Under the pieces are notes generated by a model, which did no database searches, had not been told where the DNA came from, and was given only the letters and a program-made list of their open reading frames with translations. The position numbers were made by a program, and so were the translations under genes. A stretch of DNA of 64,000 nt from Glaucostegus cemiculus (taxonomy: Eukaryota): positions 12,338,001-12,402,000 of the forward strand of contig CDPCPM010000011.1 of the NCBI GenBank assembly GCA_976551045.1, in the 5' to 3' direction. Each line of letters opens with the position of its first letter. Position 1 is the first letter of the stretch. This document shows, piece by piece, positions 27,801-40,739 of this stretch.

Positions 27801-29219
27801 AGGGCCTCTCAGATATGAGCAAACAAAGCAGCCAGCAGGTCTCTCTTTCACCAAAGATATTGAAGGGTTGTGAAATAAACAGTGAGAGTTAGAATCAATG
27901 AAAGGGGGTGAATTCATGTCAAAGTCTGGTTCAGAAAGAAGAGATATAGTGAGAATGAAAGATTTATTGAGAAGAAAACCAATAAAGGAAAAGAAAAGCA
28001 ATTAAAAATTGACATTTTTAAAATCATTCTAGAATGAGACTTTACATTTGAAATAGTTAATTTTCAGTGGTGAAGAGGTTGATGGGAAGTCATTAGTACC
28101 TTTCCTGTTGGTAAAAGGATACTTAAGCTTGAAATGACAAGATTTAGCTTGGTATCTTTAATAGAGAAATACAGGAATTACTTGAAAGGAAGACTCAGAA
28201 CAACACGTCATCCTCATGATGCTAATGGTAGAACAACACATTTTGTGCTGCATCTATATATTTGTATTTAACTGTGTCCTTGTGCCTCCCCGACATTTCT
28301 GTACAATTTATCTATAAATAAGAGATTGCCATTACCCTCACCATTAACTTGACAGTGAACTCTAACCCAATAACTGTACTGTTGGCTACAATTTTTCAGA
28401 GTGAAAGCACCATAGATTCCTTTCAATTGGTGCAGGATCCACTTCACATTATTAACAGCACTCTCTTTGAATGTAAAATTCATGAACAAAAGTAAGCATT
28501 TATGCACTAAACTCAATTACCAACAACATTAAACTGTTTCAAGTTCTCCTGAATTTTGGGCTTACAGTAACTAAGCGACCATCAGTCTGAGTTACCCATT
28601 AGTATTACTGCAGGATATCTGTAACACACTTTCTTAAATTTGTATCTCCTCGGGATATTATTCAAGGTATACATTTAACTAATTAAAGTGTGATTTGAGA
28701 GGTCTTGGTTAAACATTTCCCTGATAAGCATTACTTTACAGAGAAAAATAATAGATAGCAGTTAAAGTTTTATGAAGTTTTCCATTTGCTGGAAAGCCTG
28801 ATGATTGCTGTGTACAGAAGCTGAAAATCCCTAATCATTTGCTACCTTTATCATTCTGTAAATTCCTTTTTCTGGCAGGAAATTGCCATTAACCTGGTGC
28901 TTTCCCCTGATAATCAGTTTACAACTCAGATTACACCAAGGCCTCTTTTGTATAATAGCAGAGTAATTCCTCCGATCTTGATAGTAAAGCAAGGAAAATA
29001 TCTTGGAACACACAATAAAAACTGCACAACTGGTATTCATGAAATTAGAAAACAAACACGAAGCACTCACAAATATATCCTTACAAAATGTAGTAATTGC
29101 AAAATAAACACAGAAAAAAAGGAAGAAACATAACCAATCAACAGAAATGGATTGTGTCATTGTTACTGCTACTGTGGTAAACTTTGAAGAAAACCATATG
29201 TTGGACACACAGTGTGATT

Positions 29220-29503
29220 TAGAGGTCTGTTTGAATATAAAATTAAAACCTCACTTGAACCTGACCCGACCATGGCCATTACAAACCCAGGACTTATTCT
29301 TTTCTCCCAGACTCGACCTAACCTGACCTGACCATTACTATAAATAAAATAATCCCAAACATATTACTTGCATGCCAGTAACATTAAGCAAATCACTCTG
29401 ACCAGGCTGACAGGAAAGTTCATCAGACCATACACCAGATCTGAGCTGAACTCAACAGATATACTTGGGTCCCTTCAGACTTGGGTTGAGGAGCCAAGCT
29501 CTA
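29220..29503. mobile_element. Non-autonomous hAT DNA transposon (284 bp)
   Basis: Termini TAGAGG...GCTCTA, a perfect 8-bp TSD GTGTGATT (29212-29219 and 29504-29511), and subterminal acctga/acccga repeats. Confidence 0.82.
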
Positions 29504-30667
29504 GTGTGATTACAGATAAAAAGGGGCTACACACAAACATTTCCAGTTTCAATGTAGTCAAGAAACCCTGGTGGTTTCTACTGCCCGGACATGTTCACAG
29601 AAGCAGTCTTTCTTTAGCGGCATTCACAACATGGAAATCTCCAGAAACATGTCCTCAAAACAAAATTGTTTTGGAGCAGATTGTTTTATAGTAATTTGCT
29701 TTTCTAAATCACATAACTTAGAGTAAACTATGAAGAAAAATCAAAATAACTGCATTGTTGGTTGCAAACACCAGAAAAATGTTGAAATGATATTTGGTTG
29801 ATCGGTACTGCCTAGATTTGCTGCCTGTAATCTCTATGTGCCTGTACTTAGCTTTTCTAGAGGGCAGAACATGCTGACTTTCCACACACCCCAGGTATCT
29901 GTGGGGTGCATTGGGCTCTGAGCATGGATAGGCTTCAGGCACCATTTCCTGAGGCTCCACTCCCAGGATGCCTTGCCTTTCTTGGACAGCTCACGGGCAG
30001 TCAAAGACTGTCTAAGGCCTTCAAAATCCTACTAACCATTTTTAAAATCTCTCTGATAGTCAGATAATTAAAGATGATTAAAATGTATGTAAATAAATAA
30101 TAAAAAAACTAAACAATTTAAATAGAGTTAACTGAAAACATTGAAACACCAATAAATAATTTATTTAACAATAAATAAAACATTAAATTGGAATAAAGTA
30201 AGTAAGGCACTTATACCCTGAGGTTTTTTTCCAGAGTTGGTAGCCCAGTTCAAATGAATGAGGTTGTCACTCCCTTTCCAGCCCTCTCTGATGTGCAGCT
30301 GTGGGTCAGATGCAAACAGCACATCACCATTGGGCCCAATAATGAGTTCAGTGTTGGGGCAGTCAGAAGTGGTGAAGAACAAATGGCTGAGAGCCAGCAG
30401 TTCACTTTGGTACCACCAGCTATTAATGTGAACTTTTCAGAGCATTCAATACCAAGAAGGAGAAGAACAGCTGGACTTCAAGATATACATGTATTATTGC
30501 AAAGGTAAGTCCAAATAAATATGTTACTCACTTGCTGGTATCTAAGTGAATCCCTAAACTGGCATAAAGGTAGTAGAAAAGAAAGTCAAATGGAATAATA
30601 ATGCCACAAAGTAACTACTTCTGTTAACCAGCATCTAAGTTGAAAGCTGTAAAGGATAAGAATGAAC

Positions 30668-30669
<2 letters not shown>

Positions 30670-30728
<59 letters not shown>
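30670..30728. repeat. (GA)29 microsatellite
   Basis: Direct reading; source of the ERERER/SLSLSL pseudo-ORFs. Confidence 0.97.
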
Positions 30729-30729
<1 letters not shown>

Positions 30730-31039
30730 AGGAGCAAGAGCAAGAAAACACAAACAAAATTGAGACGGAGAAATAGAGAAAGAAATAGTGATCGACAGCA
30801 TGGAAGAGAGAAATCACAACAGCATACCGTCTATAGCAATTATAAATTCTGAGTGTATAATTATTGAAATGCTTAATGCCTTTGTTTTTGAAAACATTTA
30901 AGCCCTTGATACCGGTTTTGGATGGAACAAAAGGTGCTGACGTCATAGGATGGTTCATGCTTCGCAAGACGTGGTGCAGGCTGTGACTATTTATATAAGG
31001 AACTTCAAAATTACTCTAAGGTAGGAGGATAAGGTTACC

Positions 31040-31785
31040 TTTAGGCAACTCACCTGGCAAAATACCTCATCACCAACATGTGCCAAGATCTCACTTGGCC
31101 CGCCCTGTCAGATCCTTCCTGTATGGTTAGAAGCTCACTCCCAGCACACACTGTCCTTGGGACAGCTGCAATGAGGATGAGATGACTGCCCATCCCTTTG
31201 TGGACTGTGTATTTGCAAAGAGGATTTGGAGAAGGATGCAAGGTGCCTTGTCATGGTTCATCCCAAGCAGCTTTATAACAGAGGATCTCTGATCTAAGGG
31301 CTGTTCTCAGGGATGTATACTCAGACAAATGTCAAGTGCCACTGGAAGATCATCATCTTGGTGAAAGATACTCTTTAGTCTGCTGCCCAAGACTTGTTTG
31401 CCTTCCAGTACAAGATGTCCATAAGGAAATGCTGCCAGGAGTACGGGCTGAGGACGCACTGAACCTTGGAGTAGCCAACGCAAAGGCACTGTGGGGAAGG
31501 ACTGCTGTCTAAGGTCCTTCTGCCACTTGACATTGAGGGGCTAAGTCTGGGGTAGAAGCTTCTCAAACACTTGAAGTTGTATCATCCCAGGAGGTCACAT
31601 GTGAGGCAATGATGCTATGTGTACAAAATGTGCGAACACTACCAGTGTGAGGAACCATTAACATTGTGAATGTATCAACTGAATGACACCATGAATGTAA
31701 ACAGAACACACAGTGTTTTTTGTACTTTTATAATTTTATAATGTTTATAATTTTTATGAATAAACTTTATTTTGGGGAAAAACAC
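31040..31785 (+). mobile_element. L1/Tx1-type LINE 3' fragment
   Basis: Reads CHWKIIILVKDTL*SA...DALNLGVANAKALWGRTAV*, a fish-type Tx1 ORF2 end, followed by a T-rich 3' UTR, gaataaactttattttgg and an A tail. Confidence 0.78.
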
Positions 31786-33717
31786 TCCACATTATCTGTT
31801 ACTTTATCTCAGTGGATCTACAGAATGTGTGCTTGCAGTGTTTAAACAGACCAGTTGGCTGTAAGTGATACAGGCTCTTTAAATTAGACCACCTGATTCA
31901 GTCTTCATAATAACTTCCTTACAGAAATTATGTTTCACCATATGAATATTCTGGTAAATAACATTGCCATTTTTAACTAAATGTATTCTATGTTTAGTCA
32001 AAGAGGCCTTTAGCAGATGCAGTTCCCATTAAATATTTACATCTATACTGGCAGCAATCCACAAAAGCTTTCTTTCCAGTTCCTCAGCTGCATTAATTTC
32101 CTTTAGAGAATTTTCTGTTCAGAGAATGTGGATAGAGTGCCTGGAGGCGTAAGTGAGTGAATGGACCGTGCAATGTTTTACTGAGCCACATCAACCAGAG
32201 AGCGTCTAAGTCTGATTCCTGCTTTGCTGAGTTCCTGACCAGGAAGGAGGAATAAAAGATGAGGTGAGTTTCACTTCTCTGATTACAATTCAGAGGCCCC
32301 CAGCTGGTACTTGTGCATGTCTGTGCTTTTGGGAAAGACAAGACTGTACTTGACAGCCATCCATTTACAAATGAACTAATAAAGCTTTTCTCAGTGATAA
32401 TAATAAAGCTTATTAACTAATAAACTTTATCAAACTAATAAAGCTCACCATGCAGACTTCTGCACCCAAGTGCACATATTCGCAAACTTCAGCCTTCTAG
32501 ACTGAAGCTACTGTTTATGAACTTTAGGCTCCATGAAGAGCTGCTTCTGCCTCCCATATCTGCCAGTAGTTTTGATAGGAAAGGAAATTCCAACTCCACC
32601 TACAGTGAAAATGTCATTTTCCTGTTAATATGGATGTCTGCATGTTTGTGAAGGGCAGGGCTGTATCTGATAGAGAACGTTGTACACCACAGAGATTATC
32701 AACATCAGCATTAACAGTGGATTTGCTTTTGGGATGTGGGTTTGAATTATCAGTGTGTGTCTGTGTAACCCTGAGGGAAGCAGAGAAAATTAGAAATCAA
32801 CAAGAGAATATTAAAACAAAAATTCAAAAATATACATATATACATACACAGCCTGGAGTTATCAGCAGAATATCTGGTGTGATACTCCACTATTTTGGTA
32901 TTGATTTTGATGTAAGCAATGCAAAGGAACGATATCAACTGTTAGATCTGGAGATGATGTTGTCCAGAATGTTCTTCAGAAGTCAAGAATGAGGGGCAAA
33001 TTTTATGGGTACAGCCGTTTTATTAGATGTTCATCATAGTGCAGGTCAGGCAGGGTCAGCCTGTAACAGTAAGCAAAGCAAGTAAAAAGAACTAACAAAG
33101 AATTTGACCACATGCTCTCCCTTTATACTGCAAACTGGTCTAAACAAGTCAGATAAGGAAACCTGTGAACAGGTACTGCCTGAGTCACACTTCAGCTTTG
33201 CAGACAAAGAAACTAGAGAAGTCAAGAACCAAATAACTTCACGCTACTAAAAGTTTACAGACAAACATAGATGCAAGCATAAAAGAAGCTAGAACTACAA
33301 GGGCGAACATAATATAAACAACAATCTGGACCCTAATCCAACATACTTTAACACCATTTATAATGTAGTATCAGACAGCAGTGAAATTAATAGTAAAGAT
33401 AAGATTCAAAAGGAAGTATTGGAAGCAGTTTGGTCTGTATCTGAGGTGATGTCTCAGATACAGACCAACCTGTCAGCCACTGGCTCCATATTCATGTTTC
33501 TGTGCACATTCTTAGACTTCAGCTTTCTTTCCTTTGTCACTTTGGCTTCACAAGTAAGGCAGGTTCTAAAAATATCCAATCTGACCTGTAATCTGGCAAA
33601 GTCCATAAAAAAAGAAAAAACTTCTATATATGTCAGGACCTTTCACAGTGTCAGGATATCCCAAAATGCTGTATTCCTAATTATCACTTTTGAGTCATAA
33701 TCATTGTGGAAAACTAG

Positions 33718-33952
33718 TGTAGCAGCCAGCAGGGTGCGACTTAAAAGAACACAAGGACACGGAGGCTCGATCGAGCACTTTCTTAATAACTCACCAAAAG
33801 CCGCGCATATCCCGAACTACAAAAAACATGGCCGGCGGAAGTGACGTCATACTCCCGCCGGAAGTCCCGCCTTCCGGCACTAACGTGGGAACGCGCGCGT
33901 TTCCCTGCGACGGCCGACGGCTTTTCAGATCCCGATATCGTGAGTCGCTACA
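33718..33952. mobile_element. Solo LTR (Gypsy-type), 235 bp
   Basis: Starts TGTAGC and ends GCTACA (inverted termini, TG...CA), with a 4-bp TSD CTAG at 33714-33717 and 33953-33956. CpG-rich, so probably young. Confidence 0.88.
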
Positions 33953-34184
33953 CTAGCAACAATTCCAATCCCAGGGACCCAGAAGATGGCAGCTTTGCAT
34001 TAAAAAATGAGGCAATACAGGCTTGAGTGATAAATAGTGCAAGCCAACCTGACAACAAAGTTATTTCAAGGTGTTGTGAATTGCACAGAACCAGATACGA
34101 ATGAAGAGCTAGTTTGCAGAACTGCAAACTGATTTTTTAAGACACTGGAAGAGCATTAGTTTGAAATAACTTTATGCTTCTTTA

Positions 34185-34490
34185 CAAAAGCGAAGGAGAC
34201 CATTTAGCCCATCGAGTTTATGCTGGCCCTTAGACCATTCCCATCAGATCCATTTCCCCATTCCCTGAGACCCATACTCCGACATGCCCATCAGTTCCTC
34301 TTCATTCTTCTGTCACCCCCTTAGGGTGCAAGTTACAGTCACCACTTAGTCTTTGGGATGTGGGAGGGAACTGGAACATCCAGAGGAAACCTACACGATC
34401 ACTGGGAGAAAGTGCATGCAAGGATAGGATTGAATCCAGATTGCTGGAGCTATGTGGCAGCAGCATTATATGCTATGCTGCTGTATCAGC
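34185..34490 (-). mobile_element. Older V-SINE (HE1-like, CR1-type tail)
   Basis: gtctttgggatgtgggagggaactggaacatccagaggaaacctac core, with tail aggagaccatttagcccatcgag. Confidence 0.75.
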
Positions 34491-35014
34491 CTGTGGGGCA
34501 CTCTGTTGTGTTAAATGCACAAGATGCTGCAGGTTTGTGCAAGGACTTAGTGTGTATGCATGGCAAACATGGAACAGGTTAACAGGCAACACTTTGTGAT
34601 GTCCAATTGCACCTTCAACTTGCTGGTAAGTCTTTTTTGGATGCTCTTGCCACATCATAATCCTGGCCTAAAAACCTTGCTCTGCTTCCATTGCTATGTT
34701 CTATGCACTTTGTATATACCATTGGGACTGGCCACCATCACAAATCAGACATGATACACTGCTTCCTTGAGTGGAGTACAAAACAGTCACTGTCAATTTC
34801 ATATGGTAGCATCTTCACTTAATCACCTCTGGAACAGGCATCAGGTGCTGAACTGGTCTGTCATAGGCTCTAGGCTCCTCTTACTTTGCCGCCTTTTTCT
34901 CTCTGTATCTTTCTCTCTCCATGCCCGTGCTTATCCTTGATAAACACTGCTAGTGCAGGAATCTTTGTAAAAGCTCAAAGAATGTTTCTTCTCCCCTCTC
35001 CCACCATTATTAAG

Positions 35015-35190
35015 GCTTCATTCTGTGGATAACGGCATTACCGGCAAGTCCAACATTATTGCTCCTGCCTACTTGTCTTTGAGATAGAGTGATGTGTCAC
35101 CTTCTCCACTCACTGCAGTTTAGTGTTGGAGAAACTCCACTTCTGAGAAACAGGATTTTAATCCAGCAATGATGAAGAAACGGCATTATT
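35015..35190 (-). mobile_element. 3'-end fragment of the 26351-type LINE
   Basis: ggcattaccggcaagtccaacattattgc resembles 26380-26410. Similar fragments lie at ~48160-48320 and ~60085-60340. Confidence 0.55.
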
Positions 35191-36489
35191 GTGAAACCAT
35201 TTACCTTTGAATTTCCCTTTAAGTTTCAACTACAACATTTTTGTTCCAAAATCAAGCAAAAGGCCAAAGGCACTTGGAATAATTATTCAAATAAGGAGTT
35301 TCTGGGAAATTGTGAGCAGTCATCTCATTGTGCTCTTGGCTAATTTTGAGTTTGCAATAAAGCATGCCTGGCTCCACTTAGCCGAGAGCAGAAAATCTTA
35401 CACTTTGAACATTAAACCCAATCTGCTGGGAGCACAAGGAGTCAGTGGAGCTTAACAAAAAGCACCACTTCAATCACCATTTCCAAGCTTCCTACATGGG
35501 TGCAGTGGACGCGTTAGTGCACTTGCTAGGAATGTTTTCCATAAAGATTTTCCCAAGTTCAGGCAGCAGTTTTATCTTTGTGCTTGCATGGTATATTTGC
35601 TATCCTGGAGGGGCTTCAACCCAGGACAATATTAAGCTCGCCCAGGACAATTAGGGGAATAGTGAATTGGATCCTGGGGGCAGGTAGGACCACTGCACCT
35701 GCCTCAGGTTTCTTTTACCAGCAGCTGAGAAACATGTGGAGAATGCAGAGGGGAAGTGGCAGGGGTCGTTTCACCCTACACCTTCTCTGCTTGCAGGAGC
35801 TGATGGACAAAAATAAAAATCGCTGTGGCTGCTGTGACTTTAATACTCTTAATTAGCCTGTACAAATAAGCTTATCCTTCAACCACAGACACAAAGTGCT
35901 TTGATCAACTTGGATTTATCAGGAGAGAAAGGCTAATTGTTTATTATTGGCTGAATTAATGGAAGGGGAGAGAGCACCTGCTGAGTCTAAGAATTGCTGG
36001 CTGTTTTGTTGTCCTGGCTGCTTCAAAGCAGTGGATAACAGTCAGCTAGACAGGTCAAAGGCTGATGTTCCAAAGGTGGGGATGACTCATACCGATAACC
36101 AAATTGTGAGACGTGAATTGATTTATTTATCTGTTTTTTTGTTCAGCACAGTCTTCCTGATCACTCAGGAGAAGCATGCAAGAACTCCTGGAGATAAGGC
36201 TGGTTTTGCTTTGCATAATAAACAGTTAATGATGTTAATGGTAATGAGATTCATTCTTTTGTCCCTTATACCATTAACTCAAGAACACTCAATAATATCT
36301 TTTTTACCTTTAGCAATTTTTTTTATCTTCCATTTTTATTCTCTGAAGGCATTGACTTGCAGCACTCAGCAATCCTTTGATATCTCATCCTTGTGTTTAG
36401 CTGCTCCTCAGAATTGTTTCACATGAGCAACTTTCTTTCTGGAGCTTTCAGATATTTCCTACTGTTTTCCTTTCAAGACTATGCCACTT

Positions 36490-36775
36490 GCCAGAGTAAT
36501 CCTATCAATCCCATTCCCCACTTGTTTCCCTGTAATCTATTCTCTCCCATATCACTTCTGATTCTCCCACTAGCTAACTATACTGGGAGAATTTATAATA
36601 GCCAATTAACAGACCACCCATCATGTCTTTGGGATGTGGGAGGAAACCATAACACCTGGAAGAAACCCACACAGTTATAGGGAGGACATGCAAACTCCAC
36701 ACACCACCAGACGTTAAAATGGAACCAAGCCAGCGAGAGATGTGAGACAGCTGTCTTACCACTGCCACTGTGACA
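36490..36775 (-). mobile_element. Older V-SINE
   Basis: gtctttgggatgtgggaggaaacc...aaacccacacagttatagggaggacatgcaaactccacac. Confidence 0.8.
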
Positions 36776-37139
36776 CCCGAGTTGAGGTGGGATGTAGGAC
36801 AGAGGAGTGGAGAGAAAAGGAGGGAAAGCAAGGGAGAGGATTTCATTATCCAAGTCAAACACAATTTGTTTGGTTGCTATTGGAAATTTCACTCCCAGAT
36901 GCAAGTTTTGATTTCTTTTTATTCAGTTTGAATCAAAAAGCTACACAACCATGACCCCTCCAACCTTTGATCAAACCTAAACCCAATACTAATGTAACAG
37001 ATCACTCATACCCTCAACAAACATAATCCTCACAAAGTGTCACCTTAGAGCATGGGTTTTCTAACTCTTTGTTTGCTAGCTTTCTCACATCCACTGGCAC
37101 TCTATACAAACTTTCAACTCATCCAGTCTCTCCTTCCTT

Positions 37140-37370
37140 CTTAGGTAGTCCCTTGGAGTCCCTTGACTTGCTTTCATTCCAGTTCCAGTGGTCCTATGTG
37201 GGATCCACAGAATCTGCCACAAGTGAGGCAGCTGATGTTTTATGGGGCAGATGGATAGGTTGTTAGCAAAATTTTGTCTTTCCCATTGTGTACCCTCCTA
37301 TCTTGTGACTCAAGGTGCTCAGTGCCATCCTGGACACTCCTACTGCAATGTGAGTTGTCGTGTGCCATGA
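37140..37370 (-). mobile_element. RTE-clade LINE 3' fragment
   Basis: ttaggtagtccc...tgacttgctttca is the reverse of the 3' motif at 40455-40490. Confidence 0.5.
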
Positions 37371-38514
37371 ATTGGTGAGAAAGTTGCAGTTATTACAAGG
37401 AGAATTTACTGTTCTCCTGGAAATTATTTGCCTTGACTGAACTGGAGTGTTTGTTTTGGGAGTCTGGGGTCAGATTTATGGACAATGTGGTTTGCTCATC
37501 AGAGCTAGGTGAGCTTGACCAGATCATTTTCTTTGTGTCTCAATCTCCCTCCACTAGTACAACACAGCAATTCTTCAATTTCCCTGCAAACTCTCTTACC
37601 ATTTATGGAGGTCTTTTCCAGTTTACATAACCATGTTTCATCACCTTCTCAGAGCCATGAAAATTTACAGTGGGAAGCATAGCCAATAAAGGCTGCTTCT
37701 TCTGTGAATAATAACTATCCATTTTCAGGCCAGTGAGACTGGAAATCATGCAAGAGACAAAGTTGGGTTTTGCACTGCTATTGAGTTCTTTTGAGGGAAG
37801 CTTTGCCTTGGAAAAATATCTCCAGTGCTGATGAATTTCCCTCCAGAAAGTCAGGAGTCAAATTTCCCAAGAAGTGCTTAGAGACGTGGAGATGGGTAAA
37901 ATATTGCTATGGTCTGGTCATACCTATTTTCAGCTGAACGGCACCATTTTTATTGGTGTTTTGCAAAGGAATTTCCAGGCCATGGTGTTAGGAGTAGTGG
38001 CTGAGAAACAGGAACATGAATGCTTTGGATGAAGGGAGACATCTGAAGTAAAGGGTCCTAATGTAGCAGAATGGAAGGTACTGTATCTGTAGATTGTACA
38101 TTCCTGCTTGTGTACAGTTGACTGTATATTTCACAGAGCATTAGAAAGTGAATTTTGCAACAACACGAGAAATGGACAACTAGGGGGAGATATGCTTTTG
38201 AAGTTTATCAGAATTTCACCTTTGTAAAAAGAAAGGGCTTGGGAACTGAACCCTCAGAGCTGCCATAATCATAAATAAAAATATGAGCTACATAGAAGAA
38301 AAAAAAATGAAAATTCAATAAAACTGAAGAGACCATTTTTCCACAATTCAACTTAGATGGAAGTTGTATATTAAAAATAGCAACTACTCCAAAAGATAGC
38401 CATTTTTGAACTCAAAATCTTAAAATAATTGATTTTCATTTGTCATGTCTCGTTGCCCCAGTAACAAGTCATCTCCTTTCCCTGCTACTTTAGTGGAAAC
38501 AAAATTAGGAAAAC

Positions 38515-39172
38515 AGGATATTTTTTTAAATGATGATAAAATGAAAGATGTTGGGTGTTCAGAGGGACCAGGATATCCCTGTACACAGATCACCGAAAGT
38601 TAACATGTAGGGTTAATAAGCAATTAGGAAAGCAAATTATATTTTGGTGTTTATTGCAAGGAGATGTGATTATGAAGAAACTTTTACTTCAACTATATGG
38701 AGTGCTGGAGAAATCTGGTGAATCTAAGGTATTGTGTACACATCTGGTCTCCTTATCCAGGGAAGAACATACTTACAATAGAGTGACAGCAGCAAAGGTT
38801 CAACTGATTCATGTCTGGGATGGAGGATTTATCAAATGAGGAGAGATTAAGCAGACTTGAGACTATACTTCCCAGAGCTAAGAAGAATCAGAGTTGATCT
38901 CATTGAAATCGACAACATTTTTAAGGAGTTTGACAAAATTGATATAGAGTTGAAACTTCCCCAATGTGCAATATTTAGAATCTCAAACGAGGGATTCATG
39001 ATAGAATTGAGAAGAAATGTCTCCATCCAGAGTGGAGTATATTTTTGGAATTCTCTGCCCACCAGAGCTATGGAAGCTCAGTCACTCTGCATATTCATGA
39101 TAGATTTCAACAGGCTTTTAAGTTCTTGAGGGAATCAAAGGAGGTGGGGTTAATGCCGGAAAGTGACACTGA
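38515..39172 (+). mobile_element. CR1 LINE 3' fragment
   Basis: Peptides LLLQLYGVL and LRRIRVDLIEI..IFKEFDKID...ELRRNVSIQSGVYFWNSLPTRAMEAQSL are CR1 ORF2 C-terminal motifs. Confidence 0.82.
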
Positions 39173-39292
39173 GGTCTTTGACTTGAAATGTTAACTTTTT
39201 CTTTGCACAGGTTCTGCCTGACTTACTGAGTGTTTCCAGCATTTTCTGTTTTTATTTCAGATTTCCAGCATCTGCAGATGTTTTGGTTTCTT
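39172..39292 (+). mobile_element. Penelope-type terminal repeat fragment
   Basis: gacttgaaatgttaac...ctgagtgtttccagcattttctgtttttatttcagatttccagcatctgca. Confidence 0.72.
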
Positions 39293-39324
39293 GTAATCTA
39301 ATGTGTAGACAATCCACTTTGGAA

Positions 39325-39545
39325 AAGGGTTAGACATTATCCAGGACAGAATTCTCTGATGCTTCTCTAAAATAGTCCCTCGTCTTTTCCATTCATTTGA
39401 AAAGGCTGACGTGGCATCAATTTAACGTCTCATGCAAAAGACAGTACCTCAAACAGTGCAATTCTATCTTCAATGTAATTTACGTGCCTCAGCCTATCTA
39501 CGTCTCACTTAAGATGTTCTTGACCATACAATCTCCAGGCTTTGA
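39325..39545 (-). mobile_element. Old Deu-domain SINE fragment
   Basis: cttctctaaaatagt...tttaacgtctcatgcaaaagacagtacctcaaacagtgca. Confidence 0.55.
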
Positions 39546-40029
39546 TGTGAGTTAGTTGGTTATTTGCCACTGTCTAACTAGGGATTTGTCATTTGAGGCA
39601 GCTGTGTGCTGCACAGCAAACCTTAAATGATCTGTTATGTAAGTATTTCCTTATTTAATCCTGTCCTCAGCTTGTTTATGTTTCACCTCATTTATTCAGT
39701 GCCCTGTCCTCATTTAAGTTAAAGCAAAATATACAAAACTCTAACCCGGAAATTCGCCACTGCTAAAACCAACCAGACAATTTCCTCAACTCTGGTTTCA
39801 CAGAGATGGCAACAAACAACACAAACTTAAACATATTTAATCATGGCAACCTTAAAATGAATATAGTCAATTTCACAGGGACAAAGGATTTCTGCAATTG
39901 TGGTTCAGGTAGCTCAAACCTATGAACCACCCAAATGTGAATGAACACATAATTTTCCTTTTTGCTTCTTTGAAGGTCTCATCTGTCAAGGAACTATGCA
40001 TACTGATCATTCCAGTTGTAGAAATGACA

Positions 40030-40645
40030 TGCACTTAAAGCATGTCTTATGATCTCTTCCAATAACACCTCGAAGCATTTTGCAGACAAAACATGTTACT
40101 TGTGCAGTACCTATTGTGAGCAAATGTGGAACAATAAGGTTCCATTATCATTCTTTCCTTTAACCAACCCTATCACAAACTGGTTATTCCTCAATGAATT
40201 GAATAGCTAGTGACTTATTTCTTGATAGTGATATTTAAGAGAGAAAAATTGCCAAGAAAACTGGGGCAACCTGTTGCACTTCCTGACTAAGATGTGGTAG
40301 AATCTAACAATAAGAGCACGCAAAGGACACTTGCAAACAGTGGAGGGAGCACACAACTACTTGCTCCAGCAATCATCTTCTGCCCCATCTGTTGCAGGGT
40401 CTGTGAATCCTACTTAAGACTCTTCAGCCATCTCAGAACTCACAGAGAACTGTAGTGGAAGCAAGTCATCTTCAATCCCATGGAATTGCAGGATATAATG
40501 TTCAATTGAACTATTGGAAATGGCAAGTGGTTCATCCAAAAGAACAGAACTCCAAACATGTATTATGTGCTTTAATCTTTAAGCCTGAAGCCACAACTCT
40601 TCTGACTCAAGACGTGTGATTACTTGCCAATGAACCAAGGTCTAA
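40030..40645 (-). mobile_element. Old Deu-domain SINE split by an RTE fragment
   Basis: Deu-like body at 40030-40310 and head-like ccacaactcttctgactcaag...aatgaaccaagg at 40590-40640. Confidence 0.5.
40310..40495 (+). mobile_element. RTE-clade LINE 3' end
   Basis: From 40381 it reads CPICCRVCESYLRLFSHLRTH (C-terminal C2H2 motif), followed by gtggaagcaagtcatcttcaatccc. Confidence 0.72.
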
Positions 40646-40739
40646 TAATAATTTATTCTATCCAAGTTTGCAATCCATCTTTTCAATGCATGCTTCCAAA
40701 GCAGAAAATGGTCAACTTTGCAAAATCAGAATGCTACAG

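Noticed and set aside
28687-28716. agtgtgatttgagaggtct resembling the hAT left junction at 29211
   Set aside because: Only ~20-30 bp of similarity and no second terminus or TSD; may be chance.
30586-30967. ORFs with ER/SL repeats (and TH/CV repeats at 55379-55837)
   Set aside because: Translations of microsatellites.
35947-36426. 159-aa + strand ORF
   Set aside because: Non-ATG start, AT-rich, no domain or splice support.
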